This document shows, piece after piece, positions 18,838 to 28,381 of a stretch of 64,000 nt of DNA; position 1 is the stretch's first letter; the number at the start of each line of letters is the position of its first letter. This stretch comes from an uncultured Candidatus Woesearchaeota archaeon. GTDB taxonomy: Archaea > Nanobdellota > Nanobdellia > Woesearchaeales > DSVV01. The notes under the pieces were generated by a model that did not search any database, was not told the DNA's origin, and saw only the letters and a list, made by a program, of their open reading frames with translations. The stretch lies in the NCBI GenBank assembly GCA_963717515.1, contig OY970338.1:1595593-1659592 (forward strand). The letters are read 5' to 3'. The position numbers and the translations under genes are program-made.

Positions 18838-20085
18838 ATGATGGATATTCTAAAGAAAATCCTCAAAAAGTCCAAGCCATCGCCAGAAGATTTGGAGAAG
18901 ATCAGGTCTGAGACAGGGAGATTTCTCAGGAGGCTCTCCCACAGCCTGGAGAAAAACAGGATTGATGCAGAGACAGTCCTCGGTGGTAGCAGCGCAAAAG
19001 GCACTGTCATCCGGGATGATTTCGACTACGACATCTTCGTGAGGTTCAGCCTCTCTTACAAGGGCATGGACATATCAGGCATCCTTGAGAAGGCATTGTC
19101 TGGTTTTGCCAATGTGGAGAGGGTGCACGGCTCAAGGGACTATTTCATGATGCATGAGAACAGCATAACTTTTGAGATAGTCCCTGTGTTGAGGATAGGG
19201 CATGCGAACGATGCAGAGAATGTCACTGATATGAGCCCGCTTCATGTGGAGTGGATTAAGAAAAAGCTCAATGCCAATCCGAAGCTTGCTGATGAGATAA
19301 TAATCGCCAAGCTGTTCTGCAAGGCCCAGGGTGTATACGGTGCAGAGAGCTATATAAGCGGGTTCTCAGGACATGTCCTCGACATCCTGACATCATATTA
19401 CGGCTCATTTGAGAGACTTCTTGAGAATGCAGCCTCATGGCAGAGATTCAAGGTCATAGACATCGAGGGATACAATTCCGGAAGCAGCATCAACAGGTCG
19501 AAGATCTCACCCCTGATAGTCATCGATCCTGTGGACAGGACCAGGAATGCTGCTGCGGCTCTCTCCATGGAGAAGTTCGAGCTCTTCAGGAAAGCCTCCC
19601 GGGAATTCCTGAAAAATCCTTCCATTAAATATTTTGAAAAGAAAAGAGTCACACCAGCCATGCTAAAGGGACAGGCTGCAAAGGAAAGGCTCATCATGCT
19701 GAGGGCATGGCCCCTGCCGGGCAAGACAGATATTGCAGGCGGAAAGCTCCTAAAGGCCTATAATCATGTCCTTGGGCAGCTGGTGAACAATGATTTCACT
19801 TTACTTAGCTCTGGCTGGGACTGGGACGGAAAAGGCCCTGCACTCCTATGGTACATCCTCAACAACAAAACCCTCACTGCAAAAAAGCTGCATATCGGGC
19901 CTCCCATATCAGAAAAAGAGCCATCTGATGCATTCAGGATGAAGCACAAGAACTCATTTGCAAAGGAAGGGAGGCTTCATGCCATGCTGAAGAGGCAGTT
20001 CCGAAAGCCTGAAGAGCTTGCAGCCGAACTTCTAAAAAAGGATTTCTTAAAGGAAAGGGTCAGCAGGATAGAACTGCTGGAATGA
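18838..20085 (+). CDS. cca: Class I (archaeal) CCA-adding enzyme
   Basis: GSSAKGT-x-DYDIF, DMSPLH, GVYGAES, GFSG, VIDPVD, HIGPP. Confidence 0.95.
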   Translation: MMDILKKILKKSKPSPEDLEKIRSETGRFLRRLSHSLEKNRIDAETVLGGSSAKGTVIRDDFDYDIFVRFSLSYKGMDISGILEKALSGFANVERVHGSRDYFMMHENSITFEIVPVLRIGHANDAENVTDMSPLHVEWIKKKLNANPKLADEIIIAKLFCKAQGVYGAESYISGFSGHVLDILTSYYGSFERLLENAASWQRFKVIDIEGYNSGSSINRSKISPLIVIDPVDRTRNAAAALSMEKFELFRKASREFLKNPSIKYFEKKRVTPAMLKGQAAKERLIMLRAWPLPGKTDIAGGKLLKAYNHVLGQLVNNDFTLLSSGWDWDGKGPALLWYILNNKTLTAKKLHIGPPISEKEPSDAFRMKHKNSFAKEGRLHAMLKRQFRKPEELAAELLKKDFLKERVSRIELLE

Positions 20086-20141
20086 GCCCTGTCCCATGAA
20101 AATCCAAAAATATTAAAAGGCGCTCGGCGTCTCCGATCCAT

Positions 20142-20621
20142 ATGGTCGGAAATATCATCAAGCTTGCTCTGCTGACGTTTGTTCCTCTCCTGGAGCTTAG
20201 GGCAAGCATCCCATATGGCATACTCGTGCTCAAGGAGAACTGGATAACTGTCTATATAGTATGCGTCATCTCAAACATCATCCTCGGGCTCCTGGCATAC
20301 CTGCTGATAGATCATGCAATAAAGCTCGCGACAAAGATACCCTTGCTCAGCAGGCTTTACAGCTATTACCTGGTCAGGACCCAGAAGAGCATAGAGAGAT
20401 ATGTCGAGAGATACGGGGAGCTGGGTGTGGCTGTCTTCATCGGAATCCCGCTTCCGATGTCAGGGGTATACTCAGGCTCGCTTGCTGCATACATCATAGG
20501 GCTGAAATACAAAAAATTTATATTGGCTGACATAATAGGGGTCCTTATAGCAGGAACTATTGTAACTATAGTCGTGCTGAGCGGGAGCAGTGCGCTCGGG
20601 CTTTTCATGAAGAGAATATGA
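20142..20621 (+). CDS. Small multidrug export-like membrane protein
   Basis: PLLELRASIPYG and FIGIPLPMSGVYSG motifs. Confidence 0.8.
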   Translation: MVGNIIKLALLTFVPLLELRASIPYGILVLKENWITVYIVCVISNIILGLLAYLLIDHAIKLATKIPLLSRLYSYYLVRTQKSIERYVERYGELGVAVFIGIPLPMSGVYSGSLAAYIIGLKYKKFILADIIGVLIAGTIVTIVVLSGSSALGLFMKRI

Positions 20622-21190
20622 GACTCTCAATCGAGCAGAAAAAGACCATCGTGATTATAGTATTCGGGTTTCTTCTCCTTCTCGTAAGCTTTCCCCTTGA
20701 CAGTCTCGTGCTCGCCTATTTCCAGGGTATCACAAGCCCTGCGCTTGATTACATATTCAGCTGGATGAGCTATGTCCTGTCCCTTGTCATAATCCTTCTG
20801 GTGATGACCTCGCTGTTCATGTGGGAGGAGAACAAGAAGGACTGGATAATCCCGCTTTGGTTCTCATGTTTCTTTACACTGATTGTCGTATATATAATAA
20901 AATTCATCGTCGCAAGGGAAAGACCGCAGGAGGTAATCTACCTGTTCAGCTGGAAGGATTACTCATTTCCCAGCGCTCACGCAGCATTCTCATTTGCAGC
21001 AGTGCCGATTCTTGACAGGGAATATCCCATGCTGAAGTGGTTCTGGATAGTATTTGCAGTGTTCGTGGTCATAAGCAGGCTCTATCTCCAGGTCCATTTC
21101 CTGAGTGATGTGATTGCAGGGGCGTTGATAGGCTACTGTATCGGCAAGGCTGTCATCTACCTCAAGACCAAGTACAGCATATTCGGCTGA
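20618..21190 (+). CDS. PAP2 family lipid phosphatase
   Basis: K-x6-RP, SFPSAH, SRLYLQVHFLSD. Confidence 0.9.
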   Translation: MRLSIEQKKTIVIIVFGFLLLLVSFPLDSLVLAYFQGITSPALDYIFSWMSYVLSLVIILLVMTSLFMWEENKKDWIIPLWFSCFFTLIVVYIIKFIVARERPQEVIYLFSWKDYSFPSAHAAFSFAAVPILDREYPMLKWFWIVFAVFVVISRLYLQVHFLSDVIAGALIGYCIGKAVIYLKTKYSIFG

Positions 21191-21192
21191 AA

Positions 21193-21801
21193 ATGATGAC
21201 ACTTCGCCTTGAATCCAGGAGGAAACTTTTCCATATTGCGAGCGGGGCCTTCTCGATAATCGCTCTCAGGTACCTGGGACTGAACATCATACATATATCG
21301 CTCATCCTGATAATCGGCATCGGGCTCTCGTCTCTCTCAAGGTCATACAGGCTTCCGATTCTCGGATGGTTCCTGGACCGCTTCGACAGGCCGGACGAAA
21401 AGGTTCCTGGAAGGGGTGCCATCACATATCTTTTAGGCATCTTCATGCTCCTAATTATATTCGGAAAGTCCGACATCACTTACGCATCTATAACCATCCT
21501 TGCGCTGGGCGATTCAGTGTCATCGTTGGTCGGCATGAGGCTGGAGAGATCAAGCAGCCTGAGGAAGACAAGGCATCCCTTGTCCGAAAGGAAGCTCCTT
21601 GAAGGGACCCTGTTCGGATTTGCCGCTGCCAGCCTCGGGGCGATGCTCTTTGTTTCCATTTCTGGTGCTGTTGTCGCATCTGCTATAGCGATGACAGTCG
21701 AAGCGATAGAATTCAGGGTGTGGAAGCACCCGGTGGATGACAATGTCCTGGTCCCGCTTTCCGCAGGCCTGGCATTGTTCCTTTTCCGGATGCTTGTATG
21801 A
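21193..21801 (+). CDS. Dolichol/phytol kinase-like CTP-dependent lipid kinase
   Basis: RRKLFH, LALGDSVSSLVG, KLLEG, DDNVLVP. Confidence 0.85.
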   Translation: MMTLRLESRRKLFHIASGAFSIIALRYLGLNIIHISLILIIGIGLSSLSRSYRLPILGWFLDRFDRPDEKVPGRGAITYLLGIFMLLIIFGKSDITYASITILALGDSVSSLVGMRLERSSSLRKTRHPLSERKLLEGTLFGFAAASLGAMLFVSISGAVVASAIAMTVEAIEFRVWKHPVDDNVLVPLSAGLALFLFRMLV

Positions 21802-21803
21802 TA

Positions 21804-21889
21804 TCTGCACCTATTTGGTGGGGAGTAAAAGGAAAAGAGGTGATGTGAAGAAAACCTTTTACCAATTTACCGTTCACCTCAGATGCAGA
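21804..21889 (-). ncRNA. Candidate structured RNA: 9-bp stem enclosing an H-type pseudoknot
   Basis: Three complementary pairs found by eye. Two positions are G-U pairs on the minus strand but mismatches on the plus strand. TTTATAAA at 21943-21950. Confidence 0.35.
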
Positions 21890-22074
21890 AATTAAACTGA
21901 GTTTTCCTAAAAACACCCCGTCAATGGCGGATGGTCTTTAGATTTATAAACATTGTGCTTTCTATTAAATCTTTGCTTAAACTATGCAATCTCTTCTTTA
22001 ATCACCGTCTGAAATGGCTGTCAGGCACTTAATGGCAATCTTTATAAATTCCGGCTGATTTGAAGTATGGGAAA

Positions 22075-23109
22075 ATGGAAACAGGCAACCCGATGAAAGA
22101 GATATTCAAGAGCCATGATGACATATTCACAGACATAATCGGCCAGGCAAGGGCAAAGAATGACCTCAAGTCAGCCTTTATCATGAACAGGCATGTCGTA
22201 ATATTCGGCCCTCCCGGGATAGGGAAGACCACGCTTGCAAAGAACGTATCGAGGCTCCTTCCAGAGATGGCTGTGAACGACTGCGGTTTCAATTGTCTTG
22301 CAGGAAAGCCGGTCTGTCCTGCGTGCAGGAAAGGAAATACAAAAGGCACAAGGAAGGCTTCGGGCAGCGAGAGGTTTGTCCGGGTACAGGGAAGCCCGGA
22401 CCTCACGAGCGAGGACCTTCTCGGTGACATCGATCCTGTCAAGGCGCTTCAGTACGGCTCATTGAGCCTTGAGGCATTCACTCCCGGAAAGATATTCAGG
22501 GCGAATAACGGTGTCCTATTCTTCGATGAGCTCAACAGGTGCCCGGAAAAGCTGCAGAATGCCCTTCTCCAGGTGCTCGAGGAGAGGAAGGCGACGATTG
22601 GGAGTTATGACATCGACATCAATGCCGATTTCCTTTTCATCGCGACCATGAACCCCCAAGACACGAACACTGAGAAGCTTTCAGACGTGCTTCTTGACAG
22701 GTTCGACGTGATATACATGGATTACCCGGAGACTGCCGCAACAGAGTGTGAGATAGTGAAAAAGAAGGGCGATAGAATAGTTGAGATGCCCCAATCCCTT
22801 CTTGATTTCATAATCAAGTTCATCAGGCGCCTGAGGTCGGATGACAGGCTTGAGAAAGTCCCGAGCGTCAGGGCAGGCATCGGCCTCTATGAGCGGGCTC
22901 AGGCCAATGCATATATCTCCGGCAGGAAGGCTGTCGTTTTTGAAGACATCCGCCTAGCTGTCAAATCAGTCCTTGCCCACAGGATAAGGCTCAAGCCCAG
23001 CCTGAAATATGTCGAGGATGCAGATGCTTACCTGATGAAAGAATTCGAAATGTTTGCAGAAGAGCATGCCCCGGAAGGCTCTACAGACAGGAAAGGTGGT
23101 GACGGGTGA
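22075..23109 (+). CDS. AAA+ ATPase, MoxR/Mg-chelatase ChlI-like
   Basis: GPPGIGKT, FFDELNR, ATMNP, LLDRF; Cys cluster CGFNC..CPAC. Confidence 0.9.
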   Translation: METGNPMKEIFKSHDDIFTDIIGQARAKNDLKSAFIMNRHVVIFGPPGIGKTTLAKNVSRLLPEMAVNDCGFNCLAGKPVCPACRKGNTKGTRKASGSERFVRVQGSPDLTSEDLLGDIDPVKALQYGSLSLEAFTPGKIFRANNGVLFFDELNRCPEKLQNALLQVLEERKATIGSYDIDINADFLFIATMNPQDTNTEKLSDVLLDRFDVIYMDYPETAATECEIVKKKGDRIVEMPQSLLDFIIKFIRRLRSDDRLEKVPSVRAGIGLYERAQANAYISGRKAVVFEDIRLAVKSVLAHRIRLKPSLKYVEDADAYLMKEFEMFAEEHAPEGSTDRKGGDG

Positions 23110-24304
23110 CAGTCATGAGAGCGAGACCAAAAAGCCCGGCAGGACGCCCGGCCTTGAAAAGGAAACTGAAAAGCTGGAATTCAGCAAGGTAGGGGAGAAG
23201 CTCCTCAATTCTGTCATCGAGCAGGAAAAGGAGGTCCTCGACGACGGCAGGCTGCTGGGTGATGCTCTTGACAATTCAATATACTCTTTTGTGCCTGACA
23301 TGATGTTTGAGCAGATGGCAAAGGACTATGCCATGGCAAAGAAGATATACGGCGAGAAGATTCTGCGCGAGGTATCAGGCTATGATGAGGATTACCTTGA
23401 GAACAATATCAGGCTACCGGAATTCAGAAGAGAGCTCAGGAAGAGCATCGAGAAGAGGCTCGGAAGGCTCAAGAAAGATAAGCTTCTCGACAAAAAATTC
23501 TCTATAACTGAAAAAGGGCTCGAGCTTGCATCCCTAGTCATGTACACAGACGAGCTCGACAGGATTGCTCCCAAGGGGTTAAATGGAAAAAAAGTGCACA
23601 GGAGGCTGTCTGTCCATGGTGACAGGCAGGACATAAAGAATTATGCCAGGGGTGACCGGTACAGGGACATCTCAGTGCATAAGACAGTAAAGACTGCAGT
23701 AAGGAGAGGACACAGCGAGCCCGTGCCCTCGGACATCAGGGTATTCCACAGGAACTCCAAAGGTGAGATAAGCATAATTTTCGCCCTTGACGCGTCAGGG
23801 AGCATGAAAGGCGACAAGCTGTCAAGCTGCAAGAAGGCAGGGATCGCCCTCTGCTACAAGGCGATCGAGGAGAAAGACATGGCAGGTCTAATCGTGTTCG
23901 GAAAGGACATCCATAATAGAGTGCTTCCGACAAGGGATTTCACCCGCCTCTTAAAAGAGATTGCCTCAATAAGGGCTGCTTCTGAGACAGACATTTCCAA
24001 GACTATCAGGGAGGCTGTGGATATGTTTCCGGATAGCGACTCGACAAGGCACCTTGTCCTTATCACTGATGCCATGCCTACAGCAGGCCGGGAGCCTGAG
24101 AAGAAGACGATCGAGGCTGCATCGCTTGCGAGGGCAAACGGCATCACCATATCTCTCGTCGGCATTAAGCTATCTGAAAAAGCCAAGGGCCTTGCAGAGA
24201 AGATTGTCCAGGTGGGCATGGGCAGGCTGCACATAGCAAAGGACACAGAGAACATCGACTGGATAGTGCTTGAGGACTATTATGCGGCAAAGGAGATATA
24301 CTAG
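23096..24304 (+). CDS. VWA domain protein (partner of the AAA+ ATPase, ChlD-like)
   Basis: MIDAS motif DASGSM, plus TDI and LITD; overlaps the ATPase stop; GTG start approximate. Confidence 0.85.
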   Translation: MVTGDSHESETKKPGRTPGLEKETEKLEFSKVGEKLLNSVIEQEKEVLDDGRLLGDALDNSIYSFVPDMMFEQMAKDYAMAKKIYGEKILREVSGYDEDYLENNIRLPEFRRELRKSIEKRLGRLKKDKLLDKKFSITEKGLELASLVMYTDELDRIAPKGLNGKKVHRRLSVHGDRQDIKNYARGDRYRDISVHKTVKTAVRRGHSEPVPSDIRVFHRNSKGEISIIFALDASGSMKGDKLSSCKKAGIALCYKAIEEKDMAGLIVFGKDIHNRVLPTRDFTRLLKEIASIRAASETDISKTIREAVDMFPDSDSTRHLVLITDAMPTAGREPEKKTIEAASLARANGITISLVGIKLSEKAKGLAEKIVQVGMGRLHIAKDTENIDWIVLEDYYAAKEIY

Positions 24305-24340
24305 GAAAAATATAAATAGCATGCTAGATTCTCATATGCC

Positions 24341-25009
24341 ATGAAAACTCTGTTCATCGAAGCGAGATACAAGAACAATATATCCCTGCCTGCCAGGGCA
24401 ATGAAGAAGCTCCCTAAAGTGATCGCCCTCTTCATGACTGTCCAGTTCATCGATTCGCTGGATGGCATCAAGGCACAGCTCGAAAAAGCAGGAATCAAGG
24501 TGAAACTATTCAGGTCAGGGCATGCCAGGCACAAAGGCCAGCTGCTCGGTTGCAGCATTCAGAAATTTGCCGGTGTTGACGGATTCCTTTACATAGGGGA
24601 CGGCATGTTCCATCCATTGGCTCTTGCATTGAAAAATGAGCTTCCGGTTTTCATGTACAGCCCATTCACTAAGAGATTCACTAGGTTGGGGGATGATGTC
24701 GTTGCAAGATACAAAAAGAGGAAGGATGCAGGCCTGAAGAGGTTCCTGATGTCAGACACTGTCGGCATTCTTGTTTCGACAAAACCAGGCCAGAGCATGC
24801 TGAGCCAGGCAATCGCCCTGAGAACTCGGCTCAAGAAAAAATCATATATTCTCATCTCCGGTGAGATCGATTTCCAGTCGCTTGAGAACTTCCCGTTCAT
24901 AGAATGCTTCATCAACACAGCCTGCCAGAGGATAGGGCATGACGATGCATTGAGGCTGCCGAAGCCTGTGGTCAATCTGGATGATGTCATCTCTTCAGGG
25001 GCAGTGTGA
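24341..25009 (+). CDS. dph2: Diphthamide synthesis protein Dph2, N-terminally shortened
   Basis: GQLLGC, GDGMFH, STKPGQ, NTACQRI. Confidence 0.85.
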   Translation: MKTLFIEARYKNNISLPARAMKKLPKVIALFMTVQFIDSLDGIKAQLEKAGIKVKLFRSGHARHKGQLLGCSIQKFAGVDGFLYIGDGMFHPLALALKNELPVFMYSPFTKRFTRLGDDVVARYKKRKDAGLKRFLMSDTVGILVSTKPGQSMLSQAIALRTRLKKKSYILISGEIDFQSLENFPFIECFINTACQRIGHDDALRLPKPVVNLDDVISSGAV

Positions 25010-28000
25010 ACAGGAATTCGCTTCCTTTGCCTGGTTCTGACTTTACCCTTATCCTTCCCTTGTGGGCATCCACTATGTGCTTGACTATGACTAATCCTAG
25101 GCCAGTCCCTCCCTGCTTCCTTGTCATTGATGAGTCTACCTGGTAGAACTTGTCGAAGAGCATCGGTATGAGTTCTTTTGGCACCCCTTCCCCATTATCC
25201 TTAATAGAGACCTCAACCTCCTGTCCTTTCCTCTTCAACATCACGTCAATCCTGCCTCCCCTGTGGGTGAATTTCAATGCATTGTTGAGCAGGTTGAGAA
25301 ATACCTGCTTGACCAAATCCCGGCTTGCACTGAATCTTGGGAGCCTCCCGACCTTGTGAATCTCTATTGAAATATTCTTATCAGCAGCGGAATTCCCCAG
25401 TGTCCTCAATGAGCTTTCAGCAATCTCCACGATGTCTATATCCTCAATTTTGAACTTTATCTTGCCTGACTCGAGCTTTGAGAGGTCGAGGATATTATTG
25501 ATTAGCCTTGTGAGCCTCTCACCTTCCTCTGCTATGATATTGAGGCAGTTGGCCTGTTTTTCATTGACCTTTCCAAGCTTGTCCATGAGCATCAGCTTGG
25601 TATAGCCTGTTATGCTCGTGAGCGGGGTCCTGAGCTCGTGGCTGACATTCGATACGAAATCGCTCTTGAGCTGATCCATCTTTCTCAGCTCAATGTTCTT
25701 GTCCCTGAGCTCCTTTGTCGCAAGCTCAATCTCGTTCTTGAGCCTCTGGTTGAAGTTGCTTATCTCATCATACAGCCCTGCGTTCTCTATAGCTATCGCT
25801 ATCTGGTTCGTCAGGATATTGAGGGTCTTCTCAACACGCTTGAAATTATTACGCCTCTTGCTCTCAAGGTCCAGGACTCCGATGACCTTGTTCTGGGTTA
25901 TCAGCGGGATTGCTGCCTCTGACCTGGTATCAGGGAACACCATTATGTAACGGCTGTCTTTTGAGACGTCATTTACAATGACAGGCTTTCCAGTCTTCGC
26001 GACATGACCGGGTATGCCCTCTCCTATCTTGAGCCTTATCTTCTCTGCTCTCTCCCTGTCAAATCCCTTTGAAAGCTTAACATTCAAGTACTCATCCTTG
26101 ATGAGCATGAGAAATCCGCAGTCAGCATTCGTGAACTCGACTGCTTTGTTGAGAATAAGCTCCTGGAGCCTTTCCCTGTCGAGAGTGGAATTTATCTCCT
26201 GGCTGGTATCGACGAGCTTTGTAAGGTTTCTCTTGTCCTCATTGATCGTGCTGTACAGTTTTGAATTCTCTATCATCACCGCAGCCTGGCTGCTCAGGCT
26301 CTTGAGAAGGTCGATGTCCTCTAAAGAGAATATCCTCTTGTTTTTCGTATAGATATTGATAAGCCCCACAGGGCTGTTCTCGAATATCATGGGGATGCTC
26401 TGCATCGATATGATGCCTGCCTTCTTTATGTAGCTTCTAGTCAAAAAAGCCCTTTCCTTCGAGAGGTCGCTGATGTACCTGGGAGCAAGCTCTGAAATCA
26501 CCTTGCCGCCTGTATCCTTATACAATTTTTCTACCGCCTCAAAAGGGTATTCGCCTTTGATGTCATACACAGTCTTCGGGATGAGCCTTGTCCTGGTCTC
26601 GTCAAGCAGCCTGATTGAGCACATGTCTGCCTTGAGAAGCTTAACAATCTTTATCACTATCAGGTTTAGTATCTTGTCCAGGTCAAGAGTGCCGCTGATT
26701 GCGCTAGAGATGTCATATAGGGCTGTAAGGGTATGGAGCTTTGTCCTTATCTCCTTGTAGAGTAGAGCATTCTCAATAGCCACTGCAATCTGGTTTGCAA
26801 ATGTCATCAATAGGTTGAGGTCATCCTTATGTATGGGCTCTTTTGAGAACTTGTTGTCGATGCTTATGATTCCAATGACCTTCTCCTGTGAAAGGAGGGG
26901 AAGGCTTGCTGTATGCCTTAATCCGTACTTCTTCTCTGCATCAGGATAATCCCCAAGCAGGTCAGCGAGAATGACAGGCTCTCTCTTCCTTATGGCTTCG
27001 TATGTCTTTGGGAATTCAGGGCTGGCCTTGATTATCTTGTTCCTGAATTTGCTGTCATCTACATAACTTGCCTTCATCCCCCTCATCAGGCCGTTCTCCA
27101 TGAGATAGAACCTTACCCTGTCATATCCCAGTGACAGGAAGGATTTTATCGCGATATTCACTATCGAGTCGATATCCATGGTAAGCTGGAGGCTTGTAGA
27201 TGTCTCAAAGAGCGAGAGGATGCTGGTGTTCATATCCTTGAGTTCCCTCTCTGCTTTTCTCCTGTTGCTGATGTCTTCAACGATCGCCTGGACACCCATT
27301 ATGCTGCCGTCTGCTCCGATCCTCGGCTGGAGATGGTAGCGGAGAAAGACCTTTCTGCCCCATCTTGACGTATACTCCTGCTCTGACACATTAGGCTTTC
27401 CAGAAACAAGGCATTGCCCAAAATTTGCAGAGATGCCTGACTCTATCATCGGCTTGTATTTCAGGACATTGATCCTCATCGTCGCAGTCTTTGAAGGTGA
27501 GCCGAGTATCTCAAGCAGAGAGTTGTTGATGTCGATTATCTTCCCTTCTGTATCGATCGACAATATCCCAAGGGGGGCGTTGTCTATAAGGCTCCTGAAT
27601 TTGCCCTCGCTTTCCCTCAGTTTCTCTTCAGCAATCTTCCTGAGGGTGATATCCCTTGAGATGTGAAGGATGTAGGCAACTTTTCCATTGCTGTCCCTGA
27701 TAGGCGATGTCGTGATAGAATAATGGACATTCCCGCCATTCAGCTGGTGCAGGTGCTCAACTCTCCTGGTTTTGCCCGACTTGATACTGTCGACAAGCGG
27801 GCATTCTCTGCAGATGCTCCTGCTCTTGTGCATGACTGAATGACAGCTGTGCCCTATAACATCATCTTTCTTCAGGTGATGATTCTGCAGAAAGACCTTG
27901 TTTGCCAACATTATCTTCTTGCCTTTAGGGTCAAGCATCAGCATCTCATCCGGCATGAGGTCCATCAGGTCCTGGTCAAAGGCGCAATCGAGTATCTTGT

Positions 28001-28010
28001 CATTCTTCAT
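24987..28010 (-). CDS. Cytoplasmic multisensor histidine kinase (2 PAS, 3 GAF, HisKA, HATPase)
   Basis: PAS ends RDIT and EDIS; three GAF ends of the QIAVAIENA type; SHELRTPL; GGTGLGL. Confidence 0.92.
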   Translation of the reverse strand: MKNDKILDCAFDQDLMDLMPDEMLMLDPKGKKIMLANKVFLQNHHLKKDDVIGHSCHSVMHKSRSICRECPLVDSIKSGKTRRVEHLHQLNGGNVHYSITTSPIRDSNGKVAYILHISRDITLRKIAEEKLRESEGKFRSLIDNAPLGILSIDTEGKIIDINNSLLEILGSPSKTATMRINVLKYKPMIESGISANFGQCLVSGKPNVSEQEYTSRWGRKVFLRYHLQPRIGADGSIMGVQAIVEDISNRRKAERELKDMNTSILSLFETSTSLQLTMDIDSIVNIAIKSFLSLGYDRVRFYLMENGLMRGMKASYVDDSKFRNKIIKASPEFPKTYEAIRKREPVILADLLGDYPDAEKKYGLRHTASLPLLSQEKVIGIISIDNKFSKEPIHKDDLNLLMTFANQIAVAIENALLYKEIRTKLHTLTALYDISSAISGTLDLDKILNLIVIKIVKLLKADMCSIRLLDETRTRLIPKTVYDIKGEYPFEAVEKLYKDTGGKVISELAPRYISDLSKERAFLTRSYIKKAGIISMQSIPMIFENSPVGLINIYTKNKRIFSLEDIDLLKSLSSQAAVMIENSKLYSTINEDKRNLTKLVDTSQEINSTLDRERLQELILNKAVEFTNADCGFLMLIKDEYLNVKLSKGFDRERAEKIRLKIGEGIPGHVAKTGKPVIVNDVSKDSRYIMVFPDTRSEAAIPLITQNKVIGVLDLESKRRNNFKRVEKTLNILTNQIAIAIENAGLYDEISNFNQRLKNEIELATKELRDKNIELRKMDQLKSDFVSNVSHELRTPLTSITGYTKLMLMDKLGKVNEKQANCLNIIAEEGERLTRLINNILDLSKLESGKIKFKIEDIDIVEIAESSLRTLGNSAADKNISIEIHKVGRLPRFSASRDLVKQVFLNLLNNALKFTHRGGRIDVMLKRKGQEVEVSIKDNGEGVPKELIPMLFDKFYQVDSSMTRKQGGTGLGLVIVKHIVDAHKGRIRVKSEPGKGSEFLFTLPLKR

Positions 28011-28381
28011 GTTTGTCCGATCAGCTCCTCTATCTTCTTTTCAAATGCAGCAGGGTCAAAGGGTTTCGTGAAATAATATTCAGCGCCCAGCTGCAGGCCC
28101 TTGATGATGTCTTTTTCCTGTGCCTTTGCTGAAAGCATTGCAATCTTGATGTCCCTGGTTTTCGGGTCGCTCTTGAGCCTTTCGCAGATCTCGAAACCAT
28201 TTATGCCGGGCATCATCACATCAAGGAGCACAAGGCTCGGCTTATTATTCTGAAGGATCTCGAGAGCCTCCTTTCCGTCCTCCGCTGTGATGATCTTGTA
28301 TTTGTCCTCAAGGATAATGCGGACGAGCTCAATTATGTGCGGCTCATCATCAGCCACAAGAATCAGCCTCTTATTCTTCAT
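28007..28381 (-). CDS. Single-domain response regulator (REC)
   Basis: ADDEP, LLDVMMP, LSAK, TKPF. Confidence 0.92.
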   Translation of the reverse strand: MKNKRLILVADDEPHIIELVRIILEDKYKIITAEDGKEALEILQNNKPSLVLLDVMMPGINGFEICERLKSDPKTRDIKIAMLSAKAQEKDIIKGLQLGAEYYFTKPFDPAAFEKKIEELIGQT

